Part shown: positions 21,071 through 30,050 of the stretch, piece after piece
Layout of the letters: the number at the start of each line of letters is the position of its first letter
Numbering within the stretch: the stretch's first letter is position 1
Origin: an uncultured Holophagales bacterium
GTDB lineage: Bacteria; Acidobacteriota; Thermoanaerobaculia; Multivoradales; UBA5704
NCBI GenBank assembly: GCA_963842525.1
Contig: CAWJGT010000009.1
Location: 352,001 to 416,000 of the forward strand
Direction: 5' to 3'
Length of the DNA stretch: 64,000 bases
Notes under the pieces: generated by a model
Seen by the model: only the letters and a program-made list of their open reading frames with translations
Databases searched by the model: none
What the model was told of the DNA's origin: nothing
Program-made: the position numbers and the translations under genes

Positions 21071-22634
21071 CGGGGTATTGTACGGCGCGTTTGCGCCGTC
21101 GTTCCCCCTTACCGCTCGGCAGCTTCGGCAGCGCCGTCCGCTCCGCCGCCCGGCACCCCGCGCCGGCGCAGGTGCTCAGGGCCTTGACGATCGCGGAGAG
21201 CTTCCCGAGGTAGACCGGGGTCAGCGTCTTGGCGATGTTCTTCAGCTCGTGGGGGTCCTTCACCAGGTCGTAGTACTCCAGCTCGCCGGACTCGTACTCG
21301 ACGTACTTGAAGGTGGCGGTGCGCAGGCCGAGGTGGGTCGGGACCTCCTCGCCGCCCGGCACGTCCGAGGGCTCGAGCGTCGTGGCCGTGCTCTGAGGGG
21401 CCGCCACGAAGTGGTACTGCTCGAGCAGGACGGACTTCCGCCAGGCCGGCGGCTTGGGCTGGCCGCGGAGGAGCTGCGCCAGGGAGCGGCCGTCGGATGG
21501 TGCGAGGAGCGGGGTGCTGGTCAGCTCGGCGATGGTGGGAGCCAGGTCCACGCTCACCGCCAGCGCGTCCACCTTGAGGTTGGCAGGGATCCCCGGTCCG
21601 CGCACCAGGAATGGCACCCGGACGTCCTCCTCGTAGGGCGTGTACTTGCCTGAATTCAGGCGGTGCTGGCCGAGGTGGAAACCGTTGTCCGAGGTGAAGA
21701 AGATGTAGGTGTTGTCGAGCTGGCCGCTCTGGCTGAGCGATTCGACGATCCCGGCGACCATGTCATCCACCGCCTGCAGGGTGCGCAGCCGCAGCCGGTA
21801 CAGGATGCTGAGGTTGGTGACCTCCTGCTCGTTGAGCAGGGCTTTTTGCCGCACCTTGGGTTTGTCCTTCATGTCGCGCTCGTTGAACGACGGCGTGCGC
21901 GGCGCTTCCAGGCCGACGAAGAGCTTCGAGTGGCGCGGCGCCGGCACGCTCGGCTTGTGCGGCACGAACGGCGCCACGAGGAGGAAGAAGGGCTCCTCCG
22001 CCGCGATCGAGCGGGTCATGAAGTCGCGCGCCTGCTGGGCGAGGACGTCGGTCAGGTAGTCCTCCGGCGCCTTGCCGCGCCCGACCAGAACGCCGTTGTC
22101 GTTGACGGTGTAGTTGAAGCCGCCGTACGGAGCCCCGGCGGCCGGCGCGAACCACTCGTCCCAGCCCGGGGGGACATACGTCTTGTTTCCCACGAGCGGG
22201 TACTCGTTCATGTATTTGCCCAGGAGCGCGGTGCGATAGCCGTTCTGCTGCAGGGCAGCGGCCACGGTCTTCTCCTCGTGGCCCAGATTCATGAAGCGCA
22301 GGAACCCGCCGTCGGGCCGGAAATTCTGGTAGATGCCGTGGTTGTGGATGTACTTACCGGTCAGGATCGTGGCACGCGACGGGCAGCAGAGCGAGGTCGG
22401 CACGAAGTAATGGGAAAAGGTCGCTCCCTGCGCGCCGAGCAGGCTCCGGGTCTTCGGCATGTAGTCCATGCTGCCCAGGACGAGGTCCTGGTCGTCGGTC
22501 AGGACCACGACGATGTTGGGACGGGCGGCGGCGGCTGGCGGTGCGGCCGGGCCTTCCGCGGAAGAGCCGGCGGCCACCAGGCCGGTGGCAAGCAGGACGA
22601 GGCCGAGGATCGGAGCATGGGTCTTCGCAGGCAT
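20991..22634 (-). CDS. Secreted sulfatase (N-acetylglucosamine-6-sulfatase-like), copy 1
   Basis: PNIVVVLTDDQ, CCPSR formylglycine motif, TSDNGFHLGQH. The 3' end may be over-extended into the helicase. Confidence 0.9.
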   Translation of the reverse strand: MPAKTHAPILGLVLLATGLVAAGSSAEGPAAPPAAAARPNIVVVLTDDQDLVLGSMDYMPKTRSLLGAQGATFSHYFVPTSLCCPSRATILTGKYIHNHGIYQNFRPDGGFLRFMNLGHEEKTVAAALQQNGYRTALLGKYMNEYPLVGNKTYVPPGWDEWFAPAAGAPYGGFNYTVNDNGVLVGRGKAPEDYLTDVLAQQARDFMTRSIAAEEPFFLLVAPFVPHKPSVPAPRHSKLFVGLEAPRTPSFNERDMKDKPKVRQKALLNEQEVTNLSILYRLRLRTLQAVDDMVAGIVESLSQSGQLDNTYIFFTSDNGFHLGQHRLNSGKYTPYEEDVRVPFLVRGPGIPANLKVDALAVSVDLAPTIAELTSTPLLAPSDGRSLAQLLRGQPKPPAWRKSVLLEQYHFVAAPQSTATTLEPSDVPGGEEVPTHLGLRTATFKYVEYESGELEYYDLVKDPHELKNIAKTLTPVYLGKLSAIVKALSTCAGAGCRAAERTALPKLPSGKGERRRKRAVQYPDGAAFRPRDPHPGRVGCRPSGCADDA

Positions 22635-22691
22635 TTCGGGATCCTCGCAGGATGCCGTAGGGTACCACGGCAGTACAGCTCGCCGGGCTGT

Positions 22692-24209
22692 TTACGGACC
22701 AGGGACCGGCGCCGTTTCGGCCGCGCGGCAGCCCGCGCCGGCGCAGCGCCTCAGGGCCGCCATGTAGCGCGAGAGCCGGGCGGCGTAGGCCGGGTCCAGC
22801 GCCGCCGCCAGGTTGCTCAGCTCGTAGGGGTCCTTGATCAGGTCGTAGTACTCCCGTTCGCCGGTGTCGTACTCGACGTATTTGTAGGTCCGGGTACGCA
22901 GGCCGGTGAGAGTCGAATGCTGCTGGCCCGCCGGGACGTCCGAGGGCTCGAGCACGCCGCTTTCGTCCTGCGGCTCCTCGCGGAAGCCGAGCTGCTCGAT
23001 CAGGACCGCCTGCCGCCACGCGCCGGGCTTCCTGCCGCGCAGCAGCGGCACCAGCGAGCGGCCGTCGGAGGGCATCTGCAAGGTGGCGCCGGCGAGGTCC
23101 GCGATCGTCGGCGCCAGGTCGATGCTCATGGTGAACGCATCCACCTTGAGGCCGGCGGGCACGCCGGGGCCGCGGACCAGGAGGGGGACCCGGATGTCCT
23201 CCTCGAACGGCGTGTACTTGCTCGCCAGCAGCCGGTGCTGGCCCATGTGGAAGCCGTTGTCCGAGGTGAAGAAGACGTAGGTGTTCTCCATCTGGCCGGC
23301 CTGGCGGAGCCCGTCGAGCAGGCCGGCGACCATCTCGTCCACCGCCCGCAGGGTGCGCAGCCGCTTGCGGTAGAGCACGTCGAGGTTGCCCATCTCGTGG
23401 CGGGTGAGCGGGGGCCTCTGCCGGGCCTTCGGCTTGTCGCTCACGTCGGCCTCGTTGTAGGAAGGCGTCCTGGGGACCTGAGAGTCGCCGAAGGCCCGCG
23501 CATGCCGCGGCGCCGGGGTGCTGGGCTTGTGCGGCGCGTAGGGCGCCAGGTAGAGGAAGAACGGGTCCTTGCCGGCGGCGGCCCGGGCCACGAAGTCGCG
23601 CGCCTCCTCGGCGAGCACATCGGTCAGGTAGTCGTCCGGCGCCTCGCCGCGGGGGATGAGGGTGCCGTTGTGGTTCAGCCTGTAGTTGAATCCCGCATAG
23701 GCGGACCCGTCGATGGGCACGATCCACTCGTCCCAGCCCGTCGGGATGTGGGTCTCGTCCGACCCGGTGGGATAGTCGTTCAGGTACTTGCCGAAGAGGG
23801 CCGTGCGATAGCCGGCCCGGTCGAGGGTCACGGCGAGCGAAGTCTCCTCGCGGCCGAGCGCCCGGAAGCGCACGAAGCCGCCGCCGGGAGCACTGTTGAG
23901 GTAGACCCCGTGGTTGTGCGCGTACTGGCCGGTCAGGATGGTGGCGCGCGACGGGCAGCAGAGCGACAGCGGCACGTACTGCTGCGAGAAGACCGCGCCC
24001 CGTTTGGCGATCTGCCGCCAGGTCTGGGGCATGGCGTCGAGGGAATCCAGCAGGAGGTCCTGGTCGTCGGTCAGGATCAGGACGATGTTTGGCTTGGCCG
24101 CCCGGCGGGCAGGCTCCGCGGCGGGGCCGCTGCCTGACGAGGTCCCCGTCAGGAGGCCCGCGAGGATGAGGAGGCCCGTCAGGGCTGCGGTGTGCGGCTT
24201 CGACGGCAT
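22692..24209 (-). CDS. Secreted sulfatase (N-acetylglucosamine-6-sulfatase-like), copy 2
   Basis: PNIVLILTDDQ, CCPSR, TSDNGFHMGQH; paralog of copy 1. Confidence 0.9.
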   Translation of the reverse strand: MPSKPHTAALTGLLILAGLLTGTSSGSGPAAEPARRAAKPNIVLILTDDQDLLLDSLDAMPQTWRQIAKRGAVFSQQYVPLSLCCPSRATILTGQYAHNHGVYLNSAPGGGFVRFRALGREETSLAVTLDRAGYRTALFGKYLNDYPTGSDETHIPTGWDEWIVPIDGSAYAGFNYRLNHNGTLIPRGEAPDDYLTDVLAEEARDFVARAAAGKDPFFLYLAPYAPHKPSTPAPRHARAFGDSQVPRTPSYNEADVSDKPKARQRPPLTRHEMGNLDVLYRKRLRTLRAVDEMVAGLLDGLRQAGQMENTYVFFTSDNGFHMGQHRLLASKYTPFEEDIRVPLLVRGPGVPAGLKVDAFTMSIDLAPTIADLAGATLQMPSDGRSLVPLLRGRKPGAWRQAVLIEQLGFREEPQDESGVLEPSDVPAGQQHSTLTGLRTRTYKYVEYDTGEREYYDLIKDPYELSNLAAALDPAYAARLSRYMAALRRCAGAGCRAAETAPVPGP

Positions 24210-24228
24210 CGCACTATCCTCGCACAGG
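24160..24228 (+). repeat. 69-bp direct repeat, left copy (spans the sulfatase start codon)
   Basis: GCGAGGATGAGGAGGCCCGTCAGGGCTGCGGTGTGCGGCTTCGACGGCATCGCACTATCCTCGCACAGG, identical to 25726..25794. Confidence 0.92.
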
Positions 24229-24325
24229 GCCCCCTCTCGCGTTCGGGGAGGTGGGCCGGGAGCAATCTGAGCGAACTGATCCGCTTGTGTTGACAAGCGC
24301 GCTGTGTAAGGGTACGCATCCAGGA

Positions 24326-24682
24326 ATGGACGCGACGAAGACCCTCGACCATCCGTCTCCCGCCGGCGGCAGGGTCTCTCAAAGGCTCAAGGAGATCACG
24401 CGGCGTCTCGTGGCGGAGTTCGCGCCGGAGAGGATCATCCTCTTCGGTTCCCACGCCTGGGGCCACCCGGACGAGAACAGTGACGTCGATTTGCTGGTGG
24501 TAGTATCCGAGAGCGACCTGCCCCCGCCGCAGCGCGCAGCACGAGCCTACCGTTGCCTGCGCGAAGTGCCGGTTCCTCTGGACATCCTGGTCAAGACTCG
24601 GGAAGAGGTGGAGCGCACCCGCCACGTGCCCGCCTCGCTGATCAACGAAGTCTTTGAGCGGGGCTGGGTCCTCTATGGATGA
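24326..24682 (+). CDS. Minimal nucleotidyltransferase (MNT)
   Basis: ILFGSHAWGHPDENSDVDLLVV and PLDILV. Confidence 0.88.
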   Translation: MDATKTLDHPSPAGGRVSQRLKEITRRLVAEFAPERIILFGSHAWGHPDENSDVDLLVVVSESDLPPPQRAARAYRCLREVPVPLDILVKTREEVERTRHVPASLINEVFERGWVLYG

Positions 24683-25157
24683 GGCCCGGCGCCGTTTGGT
24701 CCAAGGTTGGTTGATCAAAGCGCTGCGCGACGTGGCCACAGCCCGCAAGCTGGCCCAGGACCCGAGCCCTCTTCTCGACACGGCGATCTACCACTGTCAG
24801 CAGGCGGCAGAAAAGGCTGTCAAAGGATTTCTCGCCTACCATGAACAGACGGTCGTCAAGACGCATGACGTCCGTTTTCTGGTGAACCAGGCTCTGGCGT
24901 TCGAGCCGGGCTTCGTGGAGTGGCTCGAGGCAGCCGAGTGTGTTACGCCTTATGCAACGGCGTACCGCTATCCTGGCGAGATCCTGGAGCCCGAGGAAGG
25001 AGAGTTCGAGACAGCGAGGGATGCAGCAGCCGGCCTCGTTGCGTTCGTGCTGCGCGTGCTGCCCGAGGACGTGCATCCAGGTGCAGAAGCGCGCGAACTG
25101 CTCGCGGGAGCATCTCTGAATGGTATGGACGAGGCTAAAAAGGGACACTGGCGGTGA
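24675..25157 (+). CDS. HEPN domain protein
   Basis: W...A..D, YHCQQAAEKAVK, KTHDV and RYP; overlaps the MNT stop. Confidence 0.88.
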   Translation: MDEARRRLVQGWLIKALRDVATARKLAQDPSPLLDTAIYHCQQAAEKAVKGFLAYHEQTVVKTHDVRFLVNQALAFEPGFVEWLEAAECVTPYATAYRYPGEILEPEEGEFETARDAAAGLVAFVLRVLPEDVHPGAEARELLAGASLNGMDEAKKGHWR

Positions 25158-25160
25158 GGA

Positions 25161-25694
25161 GTGCTATCTAATAGACAATCCCGTGAGTCAACCGCAGCCT
25201 CCAGAAGGCTCGCCGAAGACTTGGACATTGACCGCGAGGACCGTAAGGGCCAAGCGGCAGGGGGTCAGAACGACGAAGGAGCGGCGATCACTCGCGCTGC
25301 ATTCAGGCTGCTGAAGCGGGTAAATGTAGCATTCCTAATCATCTGTATTGCCACGGCTCGTCCCACCGGGCCAGCCTTTTCTAGTCAATCTTCGGCCGCA
25401 GAGAGCCGTGCCAATTCGAAGGACGGCCCCAAGAGGCAACCTCCTCGCGCTCGTGATGACATAGCCGAAGCAGCTGCTGAATATGGAGGAACGCCACCCG
25501 AATCAAAGCTGAAACCGCCAAACCCCTCCACCGAGCCACCTCAACCACCAGTGAAGAGGCCATCCATGGAGGATTGCGAGTGCCGATCAGGCGTGCGTCA
25601 CTGTTTGAAGGTTTTGGAGGGGTTTCAGGCGGGCGCGTTTACGCATCCTCACCTGAAGAGCTTCGCTAATCTATGGAGTCAGCCAACTCGGACG
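25161..25694 (+). pseudogene. Possible truncated lower-GC hypothetical ORF
   Basis: Frame stays open through a lower-GC stretch up to the right direct repeat; no recognisable motif. Confidence 0.2.
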
Positions 25695-25725
25695 GCTGCC
25701 CGACGACGTCCCTGTCAGAAGCCCG

Positions 25726-25794
25726 GCGAGGATGAGGAGGCCCGTCAGGGCTGCGGTGTGCGGCTTCGACGGCATCGCACTATCCTCGCACAGG
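25726..25794 (+). repeat. 69-bp direct repeat, right copy (orphan sulfatase 5' end)
   Basis: Identical to 24160..24228; imperfect similarity extends about 30 bp further left. Confidence 0.92.
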
Positions 25795-25828
25795 CCGAGC
25801 CGGGACCGGGGAGCAGAAATGATGAGGC

Positions 25829-25854
25829 CCAGGGGCGCAGGTCTGCGCCCCTGG
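25829..25854 (-). terminator. Hairpin downstream of the glycine-zipper gene
   Basis: CCAGGGGCGCAG-gt-CTGCGCCCCTGG. Confidence 0.6.
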
Positions 25855-25868
25855 ATCCGTGGTGGTTT

Positions 25869-26663
25869 TTACTGATTCCCAGGGGTGGTCGCGCGGTCCC
25901 AGGAGTCCTTGACGGCCTCCTTGGCGCGCTCCCACGTCAGACGGGATTTCCCCTTGGCCTTTTCCCAGCCGCGCTCGAGGTCGTTCTGGGCATCGTTCCA
26001 GTTGCGGCCCTGATACAGGCTGGCCGACTCGTAGCCGTAGCGGTAAGCGGGCTGGAGGTCGGTGTCGTAGTCGTGGCTGCCGCCCGCAGCATAGGGGCGG
26101 CTCTGCCAGCTCTGGCGCCAGTAGGGGTCCTCCTGGTTTTCGTAGCGGTACCGGCCCTCGACCCGGTTCCAGGCGTCGCGGGCCGCGTGGCGCGCTTCGT
26201 TCCAGCCGAGGCTCGCGTTGCGCGAAGTCCAGTCGCGTCCGAGGTCGCCTTCCACGTCGTTCCAGTTGATGTCGGTGTGACGGGTGCGCGCCTCCCAGCC
26301 ATAGCGGTAGGCGGGCTGCAGCTCCTCGTAGCTCCGGCCCTGGGCATACGGCCGGGTGGTGTAGTGCTCGCGCCAGAAGGTGTCTTCTTCGGTCGGGTTG
26401 ACCGACTCGGCCATCCCTTTGCCGGCGAGGCCGCCGGCCAGGCCGCCGACCGCGGCGCCGATCATCGCGCCCACCGGGCCGCCCACCGCGCCGCCGACCA
26501 CCGCGCCGACCGTGCCGCCGGTGGCGGCGCCAACCCCGGTGCCGACCGGATGGGCGCCCGGCTCGCCGGTGATCGGATCATGGTTTGCATCCTCTCGAGC
26601 CAGGTTCTCGGTCTCGAGCGTGGTTGTCTTCGTCGTTCCAGTCCGAACGTTGTCGTCTGCCAT
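25869..26663 (-). CDS. Glycine-zipper conserved hypothetical protein with duplicated aromatic-rich domain
   Basis: DPITGEPGAHPVGTGVGA.. glycine zipper and two DxxWR..RPY..PAYRYG.E..W repeats; SD AAGGAGG. Confidence 0.8.
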   Translation of the reverse strand: MADDNVRTGTTKTTTLETENLAREDANHDPITGEPGAHPVGTGVGAATGGTVGAVVGGAVGGPVGAMIGAAVGGLAGGLAGKGMAESVNPTEEDTFWREHYTTRPYAQGRSYEELQPAYRYGWEARTRHTDINWNDVEGDLGRDWTSRNASLGWNEARHAARDAWNRVEGRYRYENQEDPYWRQSWQSRPYAAGGSHDYDTDLQPAYRYGYESASLYQGRNWNDAQNDLERGWEKAKGKSRLTWERAKEAVKDSWDRATTPGNQ

Positions 26664-26772
26664 GCTGGTTCCTCCTTCGTCGGTTGTGCGGGCATTCGAG
26701 TCCAGCGGCCCCGTCCCTGCCCGGGACCCGAGAGGGGAGTCTGCAAAGGCGGGGCCAGGAGAGCGGGGTTTT

Positions 26773-27519
26773 TCAGCCAGGCGTGCCGGATGGGAGCGGG
26801 AGCCAGAGGTGGAGAAGGGAGATGTCTCCGGGACCGTGATTCCGGCCAGGATAGGTCCAGGTTCGCTGGTGGCCGGATTCGTAGATGAGGGGACCTCCGG
26901 AGAAATCGCGAGAGGAGCGGGGAGAATGGCGGACTTGGAGTTCTTCGGTCTCGGATGTGGCACGGCGAAGATAGGGTAGGAGGACGCCGGAGACGGAGAA
27001 GCCTGGATGCGCGTAGGCGAGCAGCATTCCGCAAGGCATCGCCCAGGCGTAGTCTCCGGCGACGAAACGTAGGATGCCGCCTCCGCAATACGCGGTCACC
27101 GGATGGCTTGGACCAACGATCTTGCATTCCACAAAGAGCGCATACAGAGACCGGTCGAGGCCCGGCTGGATGGAGATCAGCCGGAACGTGAGGTCCGGCC
27201 GCTTCTCCAGGGATTGGTTGTTGTAATTGGGGATCTCGGCTCCACGCACGACATCCTGGAAGAGAGAGCCTGTGAAGCCGGAAGGATGGCCGGGTTCCCC
27301 CAGGATGGTGTTGAGGGCAATCTCCAGCCGGGAGGTGATCGCCGGCTCCGGCTCTGCACAGAGGTTTCCTCCGTCCAAGGCCATCTGTTCCAGGATGCAC
27401 TCCCAGGCCGAGCGCAGAGCCTGGATGATGATCTGCTTGCAGACAAGCTCCAGATCACGGAGCGGGTAGGAAACTTCTGGCCTACGGAGGGGAGCCGTGA
27501 GGCGGGGACGCCGGCTCAT
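26773..27519 (-). CDS. PD-(D/E)xK superfamily nuclease-like protein
   Basis: KRPDL...FVECK...YC..GILRF motifs; ATG overlaps (ATGA) the stop of the spliced upstream gene. Confidence 0.7.
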   Translation of the reverse strand: MSRRPRLTAPLRRPEVSYPLRDLELVCKQIIIQALRSAWECILEQMALDGGNLCAEPEPAITSRLEIALNTILGEPGHPSGFTGSLFQDVVRGAEIPNYNNQSLEKRPDLTFRLISIQPGLDRSLYALFVECKIVGPSHPVTAYCGGGILRFVAGDYAWAMPCGMLLAYAHPGFSVSGVLLPYLRRATSETEELQVRHSPRSSRDFSGGPLIYESGHQRTWTYPGRNHGPGDISLLHLWLPLPSGTPG

Positions 27520-29470
27520 CGCGACTCCAGGAGACTCGGCAGGTGTTCCTGGATGATCGTGAGGGCGCATAGACGCGCCCGGCTGGGGGTCCAGGCCGAG
27601 TAGGCCGGGGGACCTTACGGCCCCCCAGCCCCTCTAAGAACCGTACGTGCGAGTTTCCCCGCATACGGCTCAAGCACCTCAAAGGCCGATCCGTGACCGA
27701 CCCGGTTGTCCCTACAACTGGACATCCTTTGCGATACTACCATGGCAGGCACCAGCTCTGGACCAGCCAGAGGAGGGGGCGCACAGACGGGTGGCCGAAC
27801 CACCTCCATCTCCTATTTGCCTTCCCCGTTCAAGGTGTTCTCCATACGCTCTCGCAAAGAGGCACCAGTCGGACGTGGGCTCACTTTCGTGCCGGGTGAC
27901 GTTGAAACCCGTATCCGCACCATTACAGGACGGCATTCGCTTCTTCCGACCTCCCAAGCCCGCACCTCCAATGAGATCCCCTTGCGGTTCACCTGCCCTT
28001 GCGGGCGAAGATACGGGGTTACCACGTTCCGCTCCTGAAGTCTGCGCGGGGTTAGGTACCTGCTGTCGACCGGGGAGCCCTATCGACCACGAGGTGGCAC
28101 CGTTAAATCCACCTCCGGCCCCCATACCTTTTGGTTCGAGCTTGTCAGCCACTTTAGCTCGTTCGCGCTTGACGGTCGTTGCACAGGTTCACATGTGTTT
28201 ACCTTACCCGCTACCTAGCCATTGCCCGGCTTGTGGCTGCCAGGAGAGCAGGTCCCTCACGGTTCCCGCCCCGCACGCTTGCGCGTGCCTCTGTACATTG
28301 TCGGAGCCGCTCTTTATTCAGGCCCCTAGGTTCACCCGGTGGTACGGGTGGTTCCGTCTCTGACTGCGAGGGGAACAACTTCATATATAAAGCGACATCG
28401 TGTCGCAGTAGCGGTATTGCCGCAGGACGGCGAGCAGCAGGCAGCGCTCGCGAGGCTGGACGAGCACGATCTGGCTGGCCCCCTCCTGATCGGCTTGGTC
28501 GAGAAGGTCGCGCAGGATACTGGCCTTCGGATTCTTCCCGGTTGAACTGTCCAAGCCGAGACAAAGGATCTCCCATGGGGAGTCCGCCGGCCGCTGGAAG
28601 CGGAGGACGCTCAGGCGATGCCCAGCGGTATAGGCGAACGGCTCGAGCTCGCGCTGGAGCCGGGCCGCAAACTCGGTGATCTCGGAGTCCCAAGGCGGAC
28701 GTTGCGCTTCCTGGCGGACCCCGGTATACGGCAGGCCGGTGGCGAGCGTGTCGCGGATGGCCTCCGTATCCCACCGGTTCAGGCTGTAGGCCCGCGCCGC
28801 CCAGTCATCAATCTCGCGCCAGGGCTCCTCACCCGAGAAGAGAGCCTCTGAAAGGGGTTCGATCGCGGAGCGGAGCGGAGCTGTAAGCTTCTCCAGGGGA
28901 CGGAGAGGAAAGCTGTCCACATCCTCCTTGTACAGGGCGTCCCGCTCGACGCCGAACTGACCGCTCGTCAGCAGGGCGTGCCAGAGAAAGAGATCGCTGT
29001 GGATGAGAAGGACGAGATAGCGCGCCAGGGTTTCGGGCTCGCGATGCCCGCAGGCGCTGTAGCCGTAGAAGGATTCGCTATAGGCAAGATTCGAGAGACA
29101 GTAGAACGCCCGACCTTGTGTACGGTCGCGCGGTGTCGATTTTCGGGCAACCACCAGGGGGCCCTCGTAGATGGTCTTCTTGCGCCGGCGGTGTACCGTG
29201 AGCCGGTTGAAGCGCGGCAAGCTTTCGGGATCAATCCTGATTGAGCCCCGGTACCTCGTCGTGAGCTCCGGAAGGTCTTTCAGAAAATCGGCGTCCTGAT
29301 TTCTCCCTTGCACCTGATATCCCGCCCCGGTGCGATCCTCTCCGAAAGATTGCAGAACTGTCGGCCAACGGTGGGCACGGATTTTTTGGAGCACCGAGGC
29401 ATCGAGCGCCGTGTTTCTTGCGGATCTCCCGAACCGGCAATAGCCTCGGCTCTCTTCGGCTCGGCGTATC
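27516..29470 (-). pseudogene. C-terminal (target-recognition) part of an N-6 DNA methylase / type IIG-like RM protein, split by a group II intron (exons ~29470..28409 and 27594..27516)
   Basis: TALD..L.KI, IYEGPLVV.RK, YSESFYGYS, LLTSGQFGVERD. Removing the intron restores QYRY|WTPSRARL..ESR*. No methyltransferase motifs (GxG, NPPY/W) upstream. Confidence 0.7.
27595..28408 (-). mobile_element. ORF-less group II intron (814 nt)
   Basis: 5' end CTGCGACACG; canonical 34-nt domain V GAGCCGTATGCGGG-GAAA-CTCGC-AC-GTACGGTTC (27638..27671); domain VI hairpin with bulged A ending CTACTCGGC; excision restores the host reading frame. Confidence 0.92.
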
Positions 29471-29689
29471 CAGCCCAGAGTATACGAGGAGCGTGAATCA
29501 GGCGCAAATCTGTGTGGCTGACCGCGATGTCTTTTGAGGCCTTCGGAATGCCGGAACGGTAGAGCTGCTCCGGCTCGGCGGCCAGCCGGACGGCCCGATG
29601 GAGCTCCCGCTCCGCGAAGCCTGCGAGCCGCTCGTCTCCGGGAGCGGCACAAGCCGATTCCTGGAGGCTCCGGCTGTTTTTGTGGGAGA

Positions 29690-29932
29690 TCCGCTCCGCG
29701 GAGCGGACCGTCTGTTCCGCGGAGCGGAGGACCTGGACCGCGGAACGAGTCGTCCGCTCCGTGGCGCGAGCGCCCGCTCCATGGTCTGGGCGATCTGCTC
29801 CATTGGGTGGCCTGCTCCACGGTCTGGGTGGCCTGCTCCACGGAGCGAGTGGGTCAGACCCTGGCGCGGACGGCACGTTCCGCGGCTGGACAGCCCGTTC
29901 CACGGAGCGGCTCGTCCGCTCCGCGGAGCGGG
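29690..29932. repeat. Degenerate ~21-bp-periodic tandem repeat with palindromic CCGCTCCGCGGAGCGG units
   Basis: Recurrent (G/T)CC(G/A)CGG cores about every 21 bp; heptad-like translations such as RSAEQTV/RSAERIS. Confidence 0.75.
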
Positions 29933-30050
29933 AGGCCCAGAATTCGGTGGTGCCGGCTCAGGAGGTGGCCAGGAACAGGCAGGAACAGGTGCGAGAAGGC
30001 CGGTCTTCCGCCTTGCCTTCCCTGCCGGGCTCCGGTACCCTCCCGGCAGC

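Noticed and set aside
25161-26888. 575-aa ORF as a single real gene
   Set aside because: Its 3' two-thirds is the antisense of the glycine-zipper gene and crosses the direct repeat.
27615-28152. Intron-encoded protein among the short ORFs inside the intron
   Set aside because: No RT motifs (YADD) or homing-endonuclease motifs; the ORFs overlap structural RNA domains.
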